Virus record (IMG/VR): IMGVR_UViG_3300032334_000315
Span: 64,001-128,000 of that record
Reading direction: 5' to 3' (one strand)
Length of the DNA: 64,000 nt
Origin: a virus
Under the pieces are notes generated by a model that saw nothing but the letters and a program-made list of their open reading frames with translations, was not told the DNA's origin and searched no databases. This document shows positions 17,388 to 27,734 of the stretch, in pieces; position 1 is the stretch's first letter; the number at the start of each line of letters is the position of its first letter. The translations under genes and the position numbers were made by a program.

Positions 17388-18520
17388 TATCCACCCAACG
17401 CTACTATACGAGCCTCTAGTGCTGATATTTGCGCCAACGCATTATTCAATGCCGTCGTTAAAATACCAACTGTGTTTGATGTAACAACACCGCCTGTGAC
17501 ATTGACGACAATCAAATCGTTTTCTCTTAGTTCACCAAGTGTTGTTGTTGATACAGTTGCTATGTTATTTGCTGCACCAGATGCTACTGTTCCTGCTTGC
17601 CACTTACGAGTTGTTGCGTTATAGACAAGGGCTTGGCCTTCGGTAGCTGTTTTCAAGCTTGCGTAGTCAACGTCATCCAACTTGTGTAGATTAACTTCAC
17701 CAGAACCAGGTGAGCGTGATATTCCCATCGTTGCTGAATATGCGATTCTTGATAAGCGATTTTCCGCAGCCGTCAAGAATACTTCTACTTGTCTTTTTAG
17801 TGGGGCTATATCGGGAGCAGGTCCAACTGGTCCTATAGGCCCAGCTTCACCCGTTAACCCCTGGGCGCCGTCTTTGCCAGGTAACCCTTGAGGGCCCCTC
17901 TCACCGGGACTGCCGGGATTACCGGGTCTTCCATCAGCACCTCTAGCTCCGTCGGCACCTCGTTCTCCGCGTTCACCAGCAACACCTGGGAGTCCTTGCT
18001 CTCCACGCTCTCCACGTTGACCAGCAACTCCTGGTTCTCCGCGCTCGCCTCGTTCTCCACGTTCTCCACGTTCTCCTCGCTCTCCAGGAATACCTGTAAT
18101 TCCTTGTTCGCCGCGGTTGCCTTTTTCGCCCTTTTCGCCATGCTCTCCCTTTTCTCCGCGTTCTCCGCGTTCTCCAATAGGACCCTGTATTCCTTCAGGA
18201 CCAGTTTCACCACGTTCTCCTTGGTCACCACGAAACCCGCGAGGGCCTGTTGGACCAATTTCTCCTTGTATGCCTTGCTGCCCTTGTAATCCTGGGACAA
18301 AATATTCTCTATGGAACTTATCTTCTATATGTTGGATAAGTTCTTCTCTAACTTGATTGGCTTCTGATTTCGCAAATTTTGAAGCGACAGATAGAATCTT
18401 TGCTTTCTCTAATTCGGTGTTGGAATTTTCCGCAACAAAGCGGCGGCGCAACTCGTCGGTTTCCGCTTTAGCAAACTTAGAAGCTATCGAAAGGATTTGT
18501 GCTTGCTCTAGTCCCTTCAT
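17387..18520 (-). CDS. collagen triple-helix repeat protein
   Basis: About 50 Gly-X-Y triplets rich in GER; duplicated ILS(I/V)ASKFAK N-terminal motif; LHKLDDV...GQALVYNA..KW fibre motif. Confidence 0.9.
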   Translation of the reverse strand: MKGLEQAQILSIASKFAKAETDELRRRFVAENSNTELEKAKILSVASKFAKSEANQVREELIQHIEDKFHREYFVPGLQGQQGIQGEIGPTGPRGFRGDQGERGETGPEGIQGPIGERGERGEKGEHGEKGEKGNRGEQGITGIPGERGERGERGERGERGEPGVAGQRGERGEQGLPGVAGERGERGADGARGADGRPGNPGSPGERGPQGLPGKDGAQGLTGEAGPIGPVGPAPDIAPLKRQVEVFLTAAENRLSRIAYSATMGISRSPGSGEVNLHKLDDVDYASLKTATEGQALVYNATTRKWQAGTVASGAANNIATVSTTTLGELRENDLIVVNVTGGVVTSNTVGILTTALNNALAQISALEARIVALGG

Positions 18521-18522
18521 CT

Positions 18523-20394
18523 CTATAGTGCATCCTTGATCTCTTCCATGTCCTCTATATCTTCTTTAGACACCTTTTCAATTGCGCGAGTCATATTCTC
18601 AATAAGGCGTTTATCTTCTTCGCTAAGAGGTTTTGGCACAAATGGTTCGTACTCTTCCTTCTTTACCGAAGCTTTCTTCTTAGTATCTCCAGAGACTTTG
18701 ATCTCTACCTTCTGTGTCTTAGGTGCAGCAGCCGCAGCAGGTTTTGCAACGGCCTTTGCTTTATCAGCTGGTCCATTCTTAGAACCTAATGCAGCAGCTT
18801 TAGCATCCAACTCTTTGCCTTTGATTTCCATGTCTTTCATGTCCATCTGTTGCTGAGTTTTCTGCATTTCTTGTTCGTGGTCTTGTTTCTGCATCTCTAG
18901 TTCATTGCCCATTGGATCCGGCTCAGAAGCAATCTGCTTGTCCATTTCTTCAATTTCTTCCTCAGTCTGACGAAGAACATGCTTGCGAATCCATTCAACC
19001 GAATAATACTTACCAACATATTGATCCACAACCTGTAGAGTTGCAAGACGTTGGTTAAGAACTTCCTGTTCCTTCATTTCAGAATAATAGTTGTCGCGTT
19101 GGAAATCATAGCGAATATCATTCTTCATTTCTTTCCACTCTTCACGGGTCATTACACCCTTGAGAACGAGCTGGATTTCTAGGAGATGGTCAAAGATGTG
19201 TGCAAATCTATGGCGCAGACGGTCAATGAATTTTGCGAACTTGATTTCATCGCGTGAGATTTCACCTTGACGACCCATAGAGAATGTGCCTTCTGGCTCA
19301 AGACGAGACACGGGAACAGAAAGGGCCTTGTATAGTTTCTTTTTGAAATACTCAACATCGTCCATCTGCCCAAGGTTTTCACCACCTGGCAGTGTAGTGA
19401 TTTCAGTACCACGGCCACCTTCACGACGCGGAAGCCAATAGTCTTCCAACATAGTCATGAACTTACGGGTATCTTGTACATCACCAGTTTCAGCATTATA
19501 GACAAGGCGGTTCTTATGACGAACCATCATATCACGAACATACTGCTCGGCTTTTGCCTTAGGCAAGTTACCAACGTCAATATAGAAAATACGACGCTCA
19601 GGTGCGCGAGCGAGACGATAGATAACTACCGCGTCTTCCAGCATACGCAACTGATTGACTGGCTTGATTGCCTTATGAAGATGGGAAAGAACCATACGAT
19701 TACGATGATCCATGATGCTACTGTGTGTGTAGCAGATGGAATCCTTAGCAATCTTTACGCCCTGTGTGGCTGTACCTGATTGAAGACCTGCTACATTGTA
19801 AAGGAAATATTCTTCATATGGTGGTACGATAAGCTTCGCATTGGTACCAACGATTGGTGTACGTTTGATTGGCTGACGGACTTTGCGAATGCGTCTTGGG
19901 TCAATATAGCGAAGCTCTTGGATACCTGCGCGGGGGTTCTTGATATCTACCATGATATGATAGAACATACGGCCATCAACGTACCAACGACGAAAAATGT
20001 CGTAAGCTAGATTGGAAAAATCCAATAGCTCAAGGACAGTTTTAAATTCTTCTTCAATTTTCTTTTTGATTGATGCTGGTTGTTTTAGATCATCCATATC
20101 CAGCGATACGGGTTCAGCATTATCATCTGTAATGATTGCTTCATTTACGATATCATCAATGGCTGCTTCTACTTCCGGATACAACGCCATTTCGCGATAG
20201 CGGGTTACTAGATCCGCTTCGCTTTTTGCAGTACCTTCGAAATCGACGTAAGTGCCGTAAGCACCGCCTGGCGCAACTTCAATTGCGCCATCGGTATTTG
20301 GTGGAGGGGCAAACGATGGTATCTGTTCGGCCTGTCTGACCTCAGATGTATCGTCCACCTTTCCAATACGGAATCCAAAAAGTTCAATCGCCAT
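18523..20394 (-). CDS. gp20: portal vertex protein
   Basis: ELFGF, YPEVEAAIDDIVNEAI, YRLARAPERRIFYIDVGNLPK and EDYWLPRREGGRGTEITTLPGG motifs. Confidence 0.97.
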   Translation of the reverse strand: MAIELFGFRIGKVDDTSEVRQAEQIPSFAPPPNTDGAIEVAPGGAYGTYVDFEGTAKSEADLVTRYREMALYPEVEAAIDDIVNEAIITDDNAEPVSLDMDDLKQPASIKKKIEEEFKTVLELLDFSNLAYDIFRRWYVDGRMFYHIMVDIKNPRAGIQELRYIDPRRIRKVRQPIKRTPIVGTNAKLIVPPYEEYFLYNVAGLQSGTATQGVKIAKDSICYTHSSIMDHRNRMVLSHLHKAIKPVNQLRMLEDAVVIYRLARAPERRIFYIDVGNLPKAKAEQYVRDMMVRHKNRLVYNAETGDVQDTRKFMTMLEDYWLPRREGGRGTEITTLPGGENLGQMDDVEYFKKKLYKALSVPVSRLEPEGTFSMGRQGEISRDEIKFAKFIDRLRHRFAHIFDHLLEIQLVLKGVMTREEWKEMKNDIRYDFQRDNYYSEMKEQEVLNQRLATLQVVDQYVGKYYSVEWIRKHVLRQTEEEIEEMDKQIASEPDPMGNELEMQKQDHEQEMQKTQQQMDMKDMEIKGKELDAKAAALGSKNGPADKAKAVAKPAAAAAPKTQKVEIKVSGDTKKKASVKKEEYEPFVPKPLSEEDKRLIENMTRAIEKVSKEDIEDMEEIKDAL

Positions 20395-20443
20395 TTATTT
20401 TCCTTCAAGGTCTAATCAATTATATAGGAAAACTAAAGCGATC

Positions 20444-21052
20444 TTAATCGTCAATCAAGTTGCCGAGTAGGTCGGCTTCAACTGACCAGTAATCGTATGC
20501 GAACTCCACGGTAAATTCTTCAATCGCGTCTGTTGTTTCCCAGTTTAGATCAATGTTTGAAATGTTTAGAGGGAAGATGTTGTTAAAAGTATATATGCGT
20601 GTAGGAATAGCCGCATCACCAGCCGCTGTACCAGAACCATATACACCTGTCTTTGCGTAGTGGCGAACAGTAGCGCGTGAGCGATATGCTGCTTGACCAG
20701 ACTCAAAGATAAGACCAGGGTCACGAAGGTTATTTTCGTGGCTGTTAATTGCTGCTGACCAATCTTCGAACGCATGACGGATTGAGAAATCTTCGTCGTT
20801 CATAATAGTTACGGTCCAATTGTCAAATGTTCTGTTACCAGCCATCTTGACCTTGCGACCGAAATAGGGCACTTCAATTTGCCCTACTGTTGATTGTGGA
20901 ATCGACGAGGCTTTACAGACGAATCGAAACTGTGCTTCTGCTGTAGGATTTGCTAGTCCAGCTGGGAGTGTCAAGAACACCTCAAAAAGAGATGCCCTTG
21001 CGCCACCGTATGGAAGTCCTAGAGAAGCGAAAGTTGTTACATTAAAGGGCAT
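20444..21052 (-). CDS. gp19: tail tube protein
   Basis: YFGRKVKMAGNRTFDNWTVTIMNDEDF; IEEFTVEFAYDYW. Confidence 0.95.
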   Translation of the reverse strand: MPFNVTTFASLGLPYGGARASLFEVFLTLPAGLANPTAEAQFRFVCKASSIPQSTVGQIEVPYFGRKVKMAGNRTFDNWTVTIMNDEDFSIRHAFEDWSAAINSHENNLRDPGLIFESGQAAYRSRATVRHYAKTGVYGSGTAAGDAAIPTRIYTFNNIFPLNISNIDLNWETTDAIEEFTVEFAYDYWSVEADLLGNLIDD

Positions 21053-21079
21053 ATTATTTGTCTCCCTACCTTTTCTCTT

Positions 21080-21087
21080 TATTTATT
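21080..21087 (-). promoter_or_regulatory. late promoter variant AATAAATA upstream of gp19
   Basis: TATTTATT in the gp18-gp19 gap. Confidence 0.55.
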
Positions 21088-21095
21088 CGCCAAAA

Positions 21096-23051
21096 TTAGA
21101 ACTTTCCTACCACTTCAGTGAAATCTACGCCTGTGCGTACAGCCACGAAGTTAAGCTGGATAAAGTTAATTGAACGAGCTGGCTTAATGTAGATATCACC
21201 AATGAACTCGTTACGGTCGATAACTTCGCCTGTGTTGTTTGTTTCGTCGCAAACTACACGGAAGTCTGTGATACCACGACGACCCTGAACGTCACGAAGG
21301 AAAGGTTCTACCATGGCCTTGAACTGTGCGCGTGTGAATGCATCGTTAAATTCAAACAATGTGAACTTAGCCGCAGTTGCGATTGCCTTTTCAAGCACAA
21401 TGAATAGGCGACGAACATTGATACGATCAAAAGCTGATGGCTTAGAAAGCAATGTCTTGTCACCGAATAGGATTGTACCCTGACCCGGGAATGTCACAAT
21501 TGGATTGATGCCATTCTTGTATAGTTGGTCACGATCGGCCTTACCTGGATTGTAGGACATCTTGATAACATTCTTGATGCCTCCACGGTTATAACCGGCT
21601 GGTGACCACCAAGGATCGCGATCATTGTCTGTACGAACCATTAGACCAGCGGTATCACCATTCGAAGGAATGTAGCGATACAAGTCGTTATACTTATCGT
21701 ATTGATACTTCCAACCGGAATCCATAATTGCATATGAAGTTGAAGGTAGAAGATTACGATACGCAATAATGTCGTTCTGTTCTTTACCAGAATAGCTATT
21801 GTTGTTTACGCAATCGCTATAACGAGGAGAAAATATAGCTACGCAATCCTTACGATATTCAACAATGTTATTGATGATGTGAATGGCACGTGTCTGAGTG
21901 GATGCACCAGAAATAAGTAGTGAAACATCAACATCTTCGGCATTACGGAAAAGATTATATCCATTAATATAATCTGCTTCGCGCGGCTGAGAACCATCGC
22001 GACCTTTACCTAGTGACGCATTCTGTGGACGAGAAGCCGCACTTCCTGTAGTATTGTTAAAATTGATAGATGATGCAATCTTAAAGCCAGTTCTAAATCC
22101 ATTAGGATGACCAGACCACCAAAGCCATCTAGAATTCTGATTGATATAGTCTTTATAGTAGATATTTGTGCCGTTTTCGCTACGAGCATCAATGGCCTTT
22201 GATAGGCCTTCGTGAATTTCAAGAACTGTATTGGCAAATCCACTAATACCACCATCCTCGTCAGCTATAACGATATGCATTTCGTCGTTAGTTGCGCCGT
22301 GGCGAGAAGCATCAGCGGATGTTCCTGGTGAATTGCTGACTCTGTTATAGAATTCCCAACGACGCACAACTGATGACTGCGTAATATTGTTGCCAATATA
22401 ACGATCTTTTAGTGTGATGGTTTTACCAGCTGCGTTAAGACCGGATACTACCACTTCAATTTTATCGGGGCCCGCAAGAAGAATATCGCCTGGTGTCAAC
22501 ACCAAAGCTTGGTTAGCTGATGCTGTTGCTGTTGTTGAACCGTTAGCAAAAGCAATTGTACCAGAAAGTGTTGACTGGTATGCGTTTGCAGATCCACACA
22601 TAGAAACTCTGATGTTGTTGCCTATAACACCGGGATACTTAGCAATCCAACCACCAGTTGATGCAACGCCGGTAGAATAATTTAGCCCGTAGTCTTCTTC
22701 ATTCTTGATGATGACGTTTGTATTGTTATTTGCGTTAGCATGTGCATTTCTTGCAACTGTAGTATCGGATGAGCGGGTTGATGCGTTTGCATCACGAACC
22801 ACGCGAGTTACATACAATGCATTGCCATAAGACAAAAAGTTTGCTGCTGTGAAGAAATCTACCGCTGTGTTTGAACCAGGCTTAGTAAAATTAGCAACAA
22901 GCGTATTTTCCGAGTCTGTAAGAACACGAATGCCTATTGGACCCCAAGAAAAGTGTCCCGCAAATGCTCCTGTTGTACTGCTGACTGCCGGAATAATCGT
23001 AGTAAGATCAATCTCACTTACGTTAACTCCGGGAGAGATTTGAAATGGCAT
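21096..23051 (-). CDS. gp18: contractile tail sheath protein
   Basis: SPGVNVSEIDLT, WWSPAGYNRG, FDRINVRRLF and IKPARSINFIQLNFVA motifs. Confidence 0.97.
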   Translation of the reverse strand: MPFQISPGVNVSEIDLTTIIPAVSSTTGAFAGHFSWGPIGIRVLTDSENTLVANFTKPGSNTAVDFFTAANFLSYGNALYVTRVVRDANASTRSSDTTVARNAHANANNNTNVIIKNEEDYGLNYSTGVASTGGWIAKYPGVIGNNIRVSMCGSANAYQSTLSGTIAFANGSTTATASANQALVLTPGDILLAGPDKIEVVVSGLNAAGKTITLKDRYIGNNITQSSVVRRWEFYNRVSNSPGTSADASRHGATNDEMHIVIADEDGGISGFANTVLEIHEGLSKAIDARSENGTNIYYKDYINQNSRWLWWSGHPNGFRTGFKIASSINFNNTTGSAASRPQNASLGKGRDGSQPREADYINGYNLFRNAEDVDVSLLISGASTQTRAIHIINNIVEYRKDCVAIFSPRYSDCVNNNSYSGKEQNDIIAYRNLLPSTSYAIMDSGWKYQYDKYNDLYRYIPSNGDTAGLMVRTDNDRDPWWSPAGYNRGGIKNVIKMSYNPGKADRDQLYKNGINPIVTFPGQGTILFGDKTLLSKPSAFDRINVRRLFIVLEKAIATAAKFTLFEFNDAFTRAQFKAMVEPFLRDVQGRRGITDFRVVCDETNNTGEVIDRNEFIGDIYIKPARSINFIQLNFVAVRTGVDFTEVVGKF

Positions 23052-23103
23052 AGACTTATCTCCTCTATAGACGAAGGTATTCTTCGATTTATTCTTGTTC
23101 TTT

Positions 23104-23111
23104 TATTTATA
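23104..23111 (-). promoter_or_regulatory. T4-type late promoter TATAAATA upstream of gp18
   Basis: TATTTATA in the gp17-gp18 gap. Confidence 0.8.
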
Positions 23112-23126
23112 AAAACGAGGCTTTTG

Positions 23127-24746
23127 TTACCCAAAGCGAAAGTCGCCAAAACCCATTCCAGTTGGTATTGGATCGTCAATTGCCTCTATTTCCTGTCTAC
23201 CATCGTCTATAAATCCTACCGGAAGTAAGTCGTCATGCACATCCTTCATAGTTTCACGAGCTAAATTTTGCCTAATGTCACTGTTCATTAAGTCTTTAAA
23301 ATATGCCTGAGTTATGAGCCACCCAAAAAGAACCAGAGTCATAGCCAAATCATCGTGGCAACCTTCTTCGGCTTTGTAGGTGTCTTTATCCTCTACGAAT
23401 GTCGTCAGTTCCTCAATCGTATCAAAATCGGTTATCAGGAGTTTATTACTCTCAATAATCGTCTTCAGATTTGAACAGCCAATTTTCTTGACCTGTTTCG
23501 TAGTACGCACACCGAAGGCCGACTTAGCTGAGAATCCACCACCAACTTTGATAGCTTTTCCCTTAGAGAACGACGCTATCACATTCTCATATTCAAGATC
23601 CATGAACAGAGAATTCACTACCTGTTGACCAATATTGTTGGTTTCACCTAGAACATATGCGTTATTGTACCAGCGAGCAAACCGATAAACCACATCTGGA
23701 AACAGAAGTGGCGAGACGTTTTTGTCCCTATATTTGGCTACCTGTCGGTACGGCACCTGTGATACATCAAAGACGGACAGGGCTGAGTAGTCGCCGCCGA
23801 CACCTTCGGACACATCAAAGACCATAATATAGGATTTGTTTGGATTTGGTAGCTCATAATAGTCTAACCCAAACTTATCTTTTTGAGGGCGAACGTGCGT
23901 CAGTTCGCGGAGCTTTACTGGGTTAATAAGAGTGCTGGATGAACCGATGAACTCGCATTCAAATTCCTGACGGAACTGTTCTTCACTGGTGTTGGCAATC
24001 GTCTGCTTCTTCCATTCTTCGTCGCGGCCGGGCACGTCAGCCCAATGGATCTCAACAGGTGCATATTCACTATTGCCTTCAATAGCATCTGTCCACATAC
24101 GGTAGAAATGATTCATACCGAGAGGTGTGGAAACGATTATAATCTTAGTCGTCTTACCAGATGAAATTGTAGGATAAGTAGACGCAAAGAACGCATCCGC
24201 TAGATTGCGCTGGACGTGCGCGAACTCGTCAAGGAAAATCAGGTTGAATGAGCCACCGCGGATAGCACTGGATGACGTAGCAGCAGCGAGAACCTTTGAT
24301 CCATTTTCCAGTTCGATGTTACCTTTGTTCCAGACGACAACACCCTGCTGAAGCCAGATCGGAAGATATTCATATGCAAGCTGAAGTTTGGCTAATAGGT
24401 CACGCGCAAGCGCGCCCTTGTTCGCGAGAATAGCCACATTCTGTTGGTCTGTGAATAGAATAAGCCAGAGGATATATGCGATAGATGTGGTAGATTTGCC
24501 TACCTGACGAGGAAGTTTGCAGATAGAGAAACGGTTGTCCGCAAACGTGTGGAGCATCTTCGCTTGGAAGTCCCACATTTTGAACGGCATAAGACCGTGA
24601 TCTACGTTGACGATCTTGACATAAGTACGAGCGAAATATTCAACGTCTTTCGCGCATTTTATATACTCTTCAACCTGCTCTTTGGTATACTGAATAGGCA
24701 CTCCATATCGTTTAAGATTTGGATTGCCGAGATACGTCTTGCTCAT
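23127..24746 (-). CDS. gp17: terminase large subunit
   Basis: YLGNPNLK, Walker A PRQVGKST, Walker B LIFLDEFAHV, HDDLAM nuclease motif. Confidence 0.97.
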   Translation of the reverse strand: MSKTYLGNPNLKRYGVPIQYTKEQVEEYIKCAKDVEYFARTYVKIVNVDHGLMPFKMWDFQAKMLHTFADNRFSICKLPRQVGKSTTSIAYILWLILFTDQQNVAILANKGALARDLLAKLQLAYEYLPIWLQQGVVVWNKGNIELENGSKVLAAATSSSAIRGGSFNLIFLDEFAHVQRNLADAFFASTYPTISSGKTTKIIIVSTPLGMNHFYRMWTDAIEGNSEYAPVEIHWADVPGRDEEWKKQTIANTSEEQFRQEFECEFIGSSSTLINPVKLRELTHVRPQKDKFGLDYYELPNPNKSYIMVFDVSEGVGGDYSALSVFDVSQVPYRQVAKYRDKNVSPLLFPDVVYRFARWYNNAYVLGETNNIGQQVVNSLFMDLEYENVIASFSKGKAIKVGGGFSAKSAFGVRTTKQVKKIGCSNLKTIIESNKLLITDFDTIEELTTFVEDKDTYKAEEGCHDDLAMTLVLFGWLITQAYFKDLMNSDIRQNLARETMKDVHDDLLPVGFIDDGRQEIEAIDDPIPTGMGFGDFRFG

Positions 24747-24883
24747 TTTTTATTTTTCTTAGGATTAGCAGCCGCTTTGGCTACAAGTTCTTCAACTGTT
24801 GGTTCTCTTTTAACTTTTTGCGACGGCATTGGAAGAACCAAGTTTGGATTTTTCATTGTATCGTCTAGGATCTTTTTTAGCAT
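24743..24883 (-). CDS. 46-aa basic protein between gp16 and gp17
   Basis: Read manually: MLKKILDDTMKNPNLVLPMPSQKVKREPTVEELVAKAAANPKKNKK. TGATG overlap with the gp16 stop and ATGA overlap with the gp17 start. Confidence 0.65.
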   Translation of the reverse strand: MLKKILDDTMKNPNLVLPMPSQKVKREPTVEELVAKAAANPKKNKK

Positions 24884-25290
24884 CACTTTCTCCCGTTGAT
24901 TAATTGTTGCAACTCGGATGTGCTGCCAACAAAAATCGAATTATTAATTGTCTGTGGTGTTGGATCTTTTTCGTCAATCCGCTTTAACTCTTTTAGTTTC
25001 TTCTGAATGTCCAGAAGATCCTTATTGGCATCCACCAGTGTTTTAATTAACTGGCCTACCACTTCAAACGCTCGAGGATGCTCGGATGTTTTGGCTACAA
25101 TAAGAGCTTCTTCCAGAGCATCGCTACCCTGGTTAATAATCTGGTGTAGGTTATTTCTTGCTGTAGCAAAATCGCTATCCAAATCGGAATCAACGTCAAC
25201 CCGCTTTAATGGTTGTACCATTGCAGGAGATTCTGTAGGCAAATTTAATGCCTGTTCGATGCTTTTCTCAAATATTGTTTTGTCACTCAT
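24883..25290 (-). CDS. gp16: terminase small subunit (start at MSDKTIF)
   Basis: DFATARNNL, SEHPRAFEV and NNSIFVGSTSELQ motifs. Confidence 0.93.
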   Translation of the reverse strand: MSDKTIFEKSIEQALNLPTESPAMVQPLKRVDVDSDLDSDFATARNNLHQIINQGSDALEEALIVAKTSEHPRAFEVVGQLIKTLVDANKDLLDIQKKLKELKRIDEKDPTPQTINNSIFVGSTSELQQLINGRK

Positions 25291-26155
25291 CGTTACCTGT
25301 TCTTGGGTTATATTTAAATCCATCTGTGAAGAAGAATGTGTTTGACGCAAATCCATAATTTGAATTTGCTGAAATTTGTGAATACGGAATAGACGCAGCA
25401 CTGTTTGTTGTTGGTGATCCGTTTGCTAATAGTCCTGGCGTTACTACCACACGAGAACTGCGAGCGGTACGAGCAACATCTTGAAGCGTAATTTTGCCAG
25501 AAGAATTTGCAACCACACCAAAGTCCACCTGTGCGCGCTTGATAACACCCTGGCGACGAACTGGTCCGTAGAAGTATCCTTTAACTGTGAAATCCAATGT
25601 GTATATGATAGCACGACGATTTTCAAAGCTACCATCATATGTATCTTCAATTGAAACCGTATTGAGAACGGTAGGAATATCCATGTTGATATTCATGCCA
25701 GGAATTAGCTTTACGGTGTTTGTCCACTCTGGCCCAAAATAAGGCACAATTTGCTCTAGGACTTGTGCGCCATCATCAGCGTTACGCACATACGCATAGA
25801 GATTGAATGTCATATCATATGGCACTGGCATATGCTGGTAATCAGCCTTGTTGTTGTCGGATACCACCACTATGTTTTTACCTTTGGTATTAAGACGACG
25901 AGTACCATCATAGTTGAGTGTGGTCATTTCAAATGCAAGACGAGGTAGCTGAATTGAGATTTGTTGATCCAAGTTAGGATCTTGTTCCGTACGAGTCAAG
26001 AACTTTTCTTTTGGACCATATGCGATAGGCACCGCAACCGCTGACGCAGTGGTGCCATCTTTATTATATTGCTTGACCACGATATCGTTGAACATGTTAC
26101 CAAACATGATAACATATTTTCGCAGTGACTGGTGGTAAAACTGTGATCCGAACAT
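25283..26155 (-). CDS. gp15: tail sheath stabilizer/terminator
   Basis: FYHQSLRKYVIMFGNMFNDI, VPIAYGPKEKF, EQIVPYF. Confidence 0.95.
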   Translation of the reverse strand: MFGSQFYHQSLRKYVIMFGNMFNDIVVKQYNKDGTTASAVAVPIAYGPKEKFLTRTEQDPNLDQQISIQLPRLAFEMTTLNYDGTRRLNTKGKNIVVVSDNNKADYQHMPVPYDMTFNLYAYVRNADDGAQVLEQIVPYFGPEWTNTVKLIPGMNINMDIPTVLNTVSIEDTYDGSFENRRAIIYTLDFTVKGYFYGPVRRQGVIKRAQVDFGVVANSSGKITLQDVARTARSSRVVVTPGLLANGSPTTNSAASIPYSQISANSNYGFASNTFFFTDGFKYNPRTGNDE

Positions 26156-26988
26156 TAGTACCTATCAACCTCTGAGAATGGATTGCGTTCACTGAAGTCA
26201 ATAAACTCCAGTGATTTCTGCGTGAAGTATTCATTATTGGCTGTTAGTGTCTGTACCTCTATGCGATATTCATTCAACATGAATCCGCCATCTTCGTTCA
26301 TCAGATATGTGCCATCTTCCAGCATTGTCTGATAGATGAGGATATTCTGGTCATAGCGCGTACCAATCGCGTCAATATCAGTGTTGCCAGTAGCAATAGC
26401 ATCTGGGCCAATACGATCCACGAGTTCGCAATTCAAATCGTATGTGTATAGTTTACCGTGCTGGTAGAAGATAGCCTCGTGTTCAACAAACTTGATTTCG
26501 TATAGCTTCTTATTCAGTGGAAAATAGATCCAGTCACCTTCAAATGGACGAGGTGTCGTAATGCTATAGTTATTACCGTTGCCGGATTCTAACATGATAC
26601 ACTGTGTATTGCCCCATGAGTTGGTATCAGCAGTTTCTACCTGATAATTATAGCCAACTTCCGTTATGAGTTTCTCAGTTGTGATTTGATTCCAACGCTT
26701 ACGAGCCATCGTAAACGTGATGGAGTCATTGATCTGGAGATTGAACTTGGATAGAAAATCACCTTCGCCCTCAAAGCCTTGAACATTTTTAATATAGACT
26801 TCAATATCAACCGCATCATCAAATGTGGATGTTGGATCTTCACCAAGAAGTGGATCCACATTTTGAAGTGTGCGCGGCAAATACTTTACGTCCAGACCAT
26901 AAATCTTAATCGCTTGCACGATAAGATCCTCAGCAAGATCCTGCTGGCGCCCGTATGTGAATGGTCGGAAGTATTTGTTTGTTGTCAT
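26155..26988 (-). CDS. gp14: neck protein
   Basis: IKIYGLDVKYLPR, FLSKFNL, PFEGDWIYFP, DFSERNPF. Confidence 0.93.
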   Translation of the reverse strand: MTTNKYFRPFTYGRQQDLAEDLIVQAIKIYGLDVKYLPRTLQNVDPLLGEDPTSTFDDAVDIEVYIKNVQGFEGEGDFLSKFNLQINDSITFTMARKRWNQITTEKLITEVGYNYQVETADTNSWGNTQCIMLESGNGNNYSITTPRPFEGDWIYFPLNKKLYEIKFVEHEAIFYQHGKLYTYDLNCELVDRIGPDAIATGNTDIDAIGTRYDQNILIYQTMLEDGTYLMNEDGGFMLNEYRIEVQTLTANNEYFTQKSLEFIDFSERNPFSEVDRY

Positions 26989-26990
26989 TC

Positions 26991-27734
26991 TTAGCCGATC
27001 ATATCCGTAACAGGCAAGCTATAGTCATTAATGAGCGATGCTTCCATCGTTGTTATCATATCGTTTGCTTCTTCCCAAATCTTCTGTCCATTAAATGCAA
27101 TACCACCAGGAAGCTGCATGCCTTCATATAGCTTTAGATTCTCGCCCCACTGGCGCTTCACGAGCGCGGTCGCGTACTGTTTTAACCATGAATCGTTCCA
27201 TACATCCGTATATGTGTTCGGATCCAAACTTGCATATCCATCCACGATAATACTATATCCTGGCTGTACGTCGGTGGACCATGCCATGTCAATGTGTAGG
27301 GTATTAGTGTGGCGATTGAAACGGATAGGTTTTTTACCGACAAAGATTTCTTCCAGCGTCTCGATGTGGCGCATAGCCATAACATATGGTGCCACAGAAA
27401 CGCTGGTAATATTGAATAGCTCGTTTAGATGAAGCTGATAGCGAACATTGAACATACTGGTCGTGCTATAGCTATCGCCGAGATCAAAGATACGGGTAAC
27501 GCCAATGATGCTTTCCGGAAGAGTAATGTAACGATTGGTAATGTCGGTAGGAGTAACCACATGCCTATAGAGAACATGTTCGGTGCCATCATAGTGGTAA
27601 TCGCGGTACTTTGCAATAGCGTCGTCGATACGATCTTCGACCTGCTCGTCATCCACATTGATATCAATAACTGGCGCTCCGAGGCGGCGCAGGATATAGT
27701 CTTTGAATTCCTGTCTTGATGCTGGAATAGCCAT
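26991..27734 (-). CDS. gp13: neck protein
   Basis: LRRLGAPVIDINV, WLKQYATALVKRQWGENL, LPGGIAFNG. Confidence 0.95.
   Translation of the reverse strand: MAIPASRQEFKDYILRRLGAPVIDINVDDEQVEDRIDDAIAKYRDYHYDGTEHVLYRHVVTPTDITNRYITLPESIIGVTRIFDLGDSYSTTSMFNVRYQLHLNELFNITSVSVAPYVMAMRHIETLEEIFVGKKPIRFNRHTNTLHIDMAWSTDVQPGYSIIVDGYASLDPNTYTDVWNDSWLKQYATALVKRQWGENLKLYEGMQLPGGIAFNGQKIWEEANDMITTMEASLINDYSLPVTDMIG

Noticed and set aside
17854-18356. Alternative-frame ORFs over the collagen repeat
   Set aside because: They are a by-product of the stop-free 9-nt periodic GER repeats.
25291-25401. Longer gp16 start (and likewise the longer gp4 start at 61435)
   Set aside because: Both overlap neighbouring conserved genes. 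Family-like sequence begins at 25290 and 61567.
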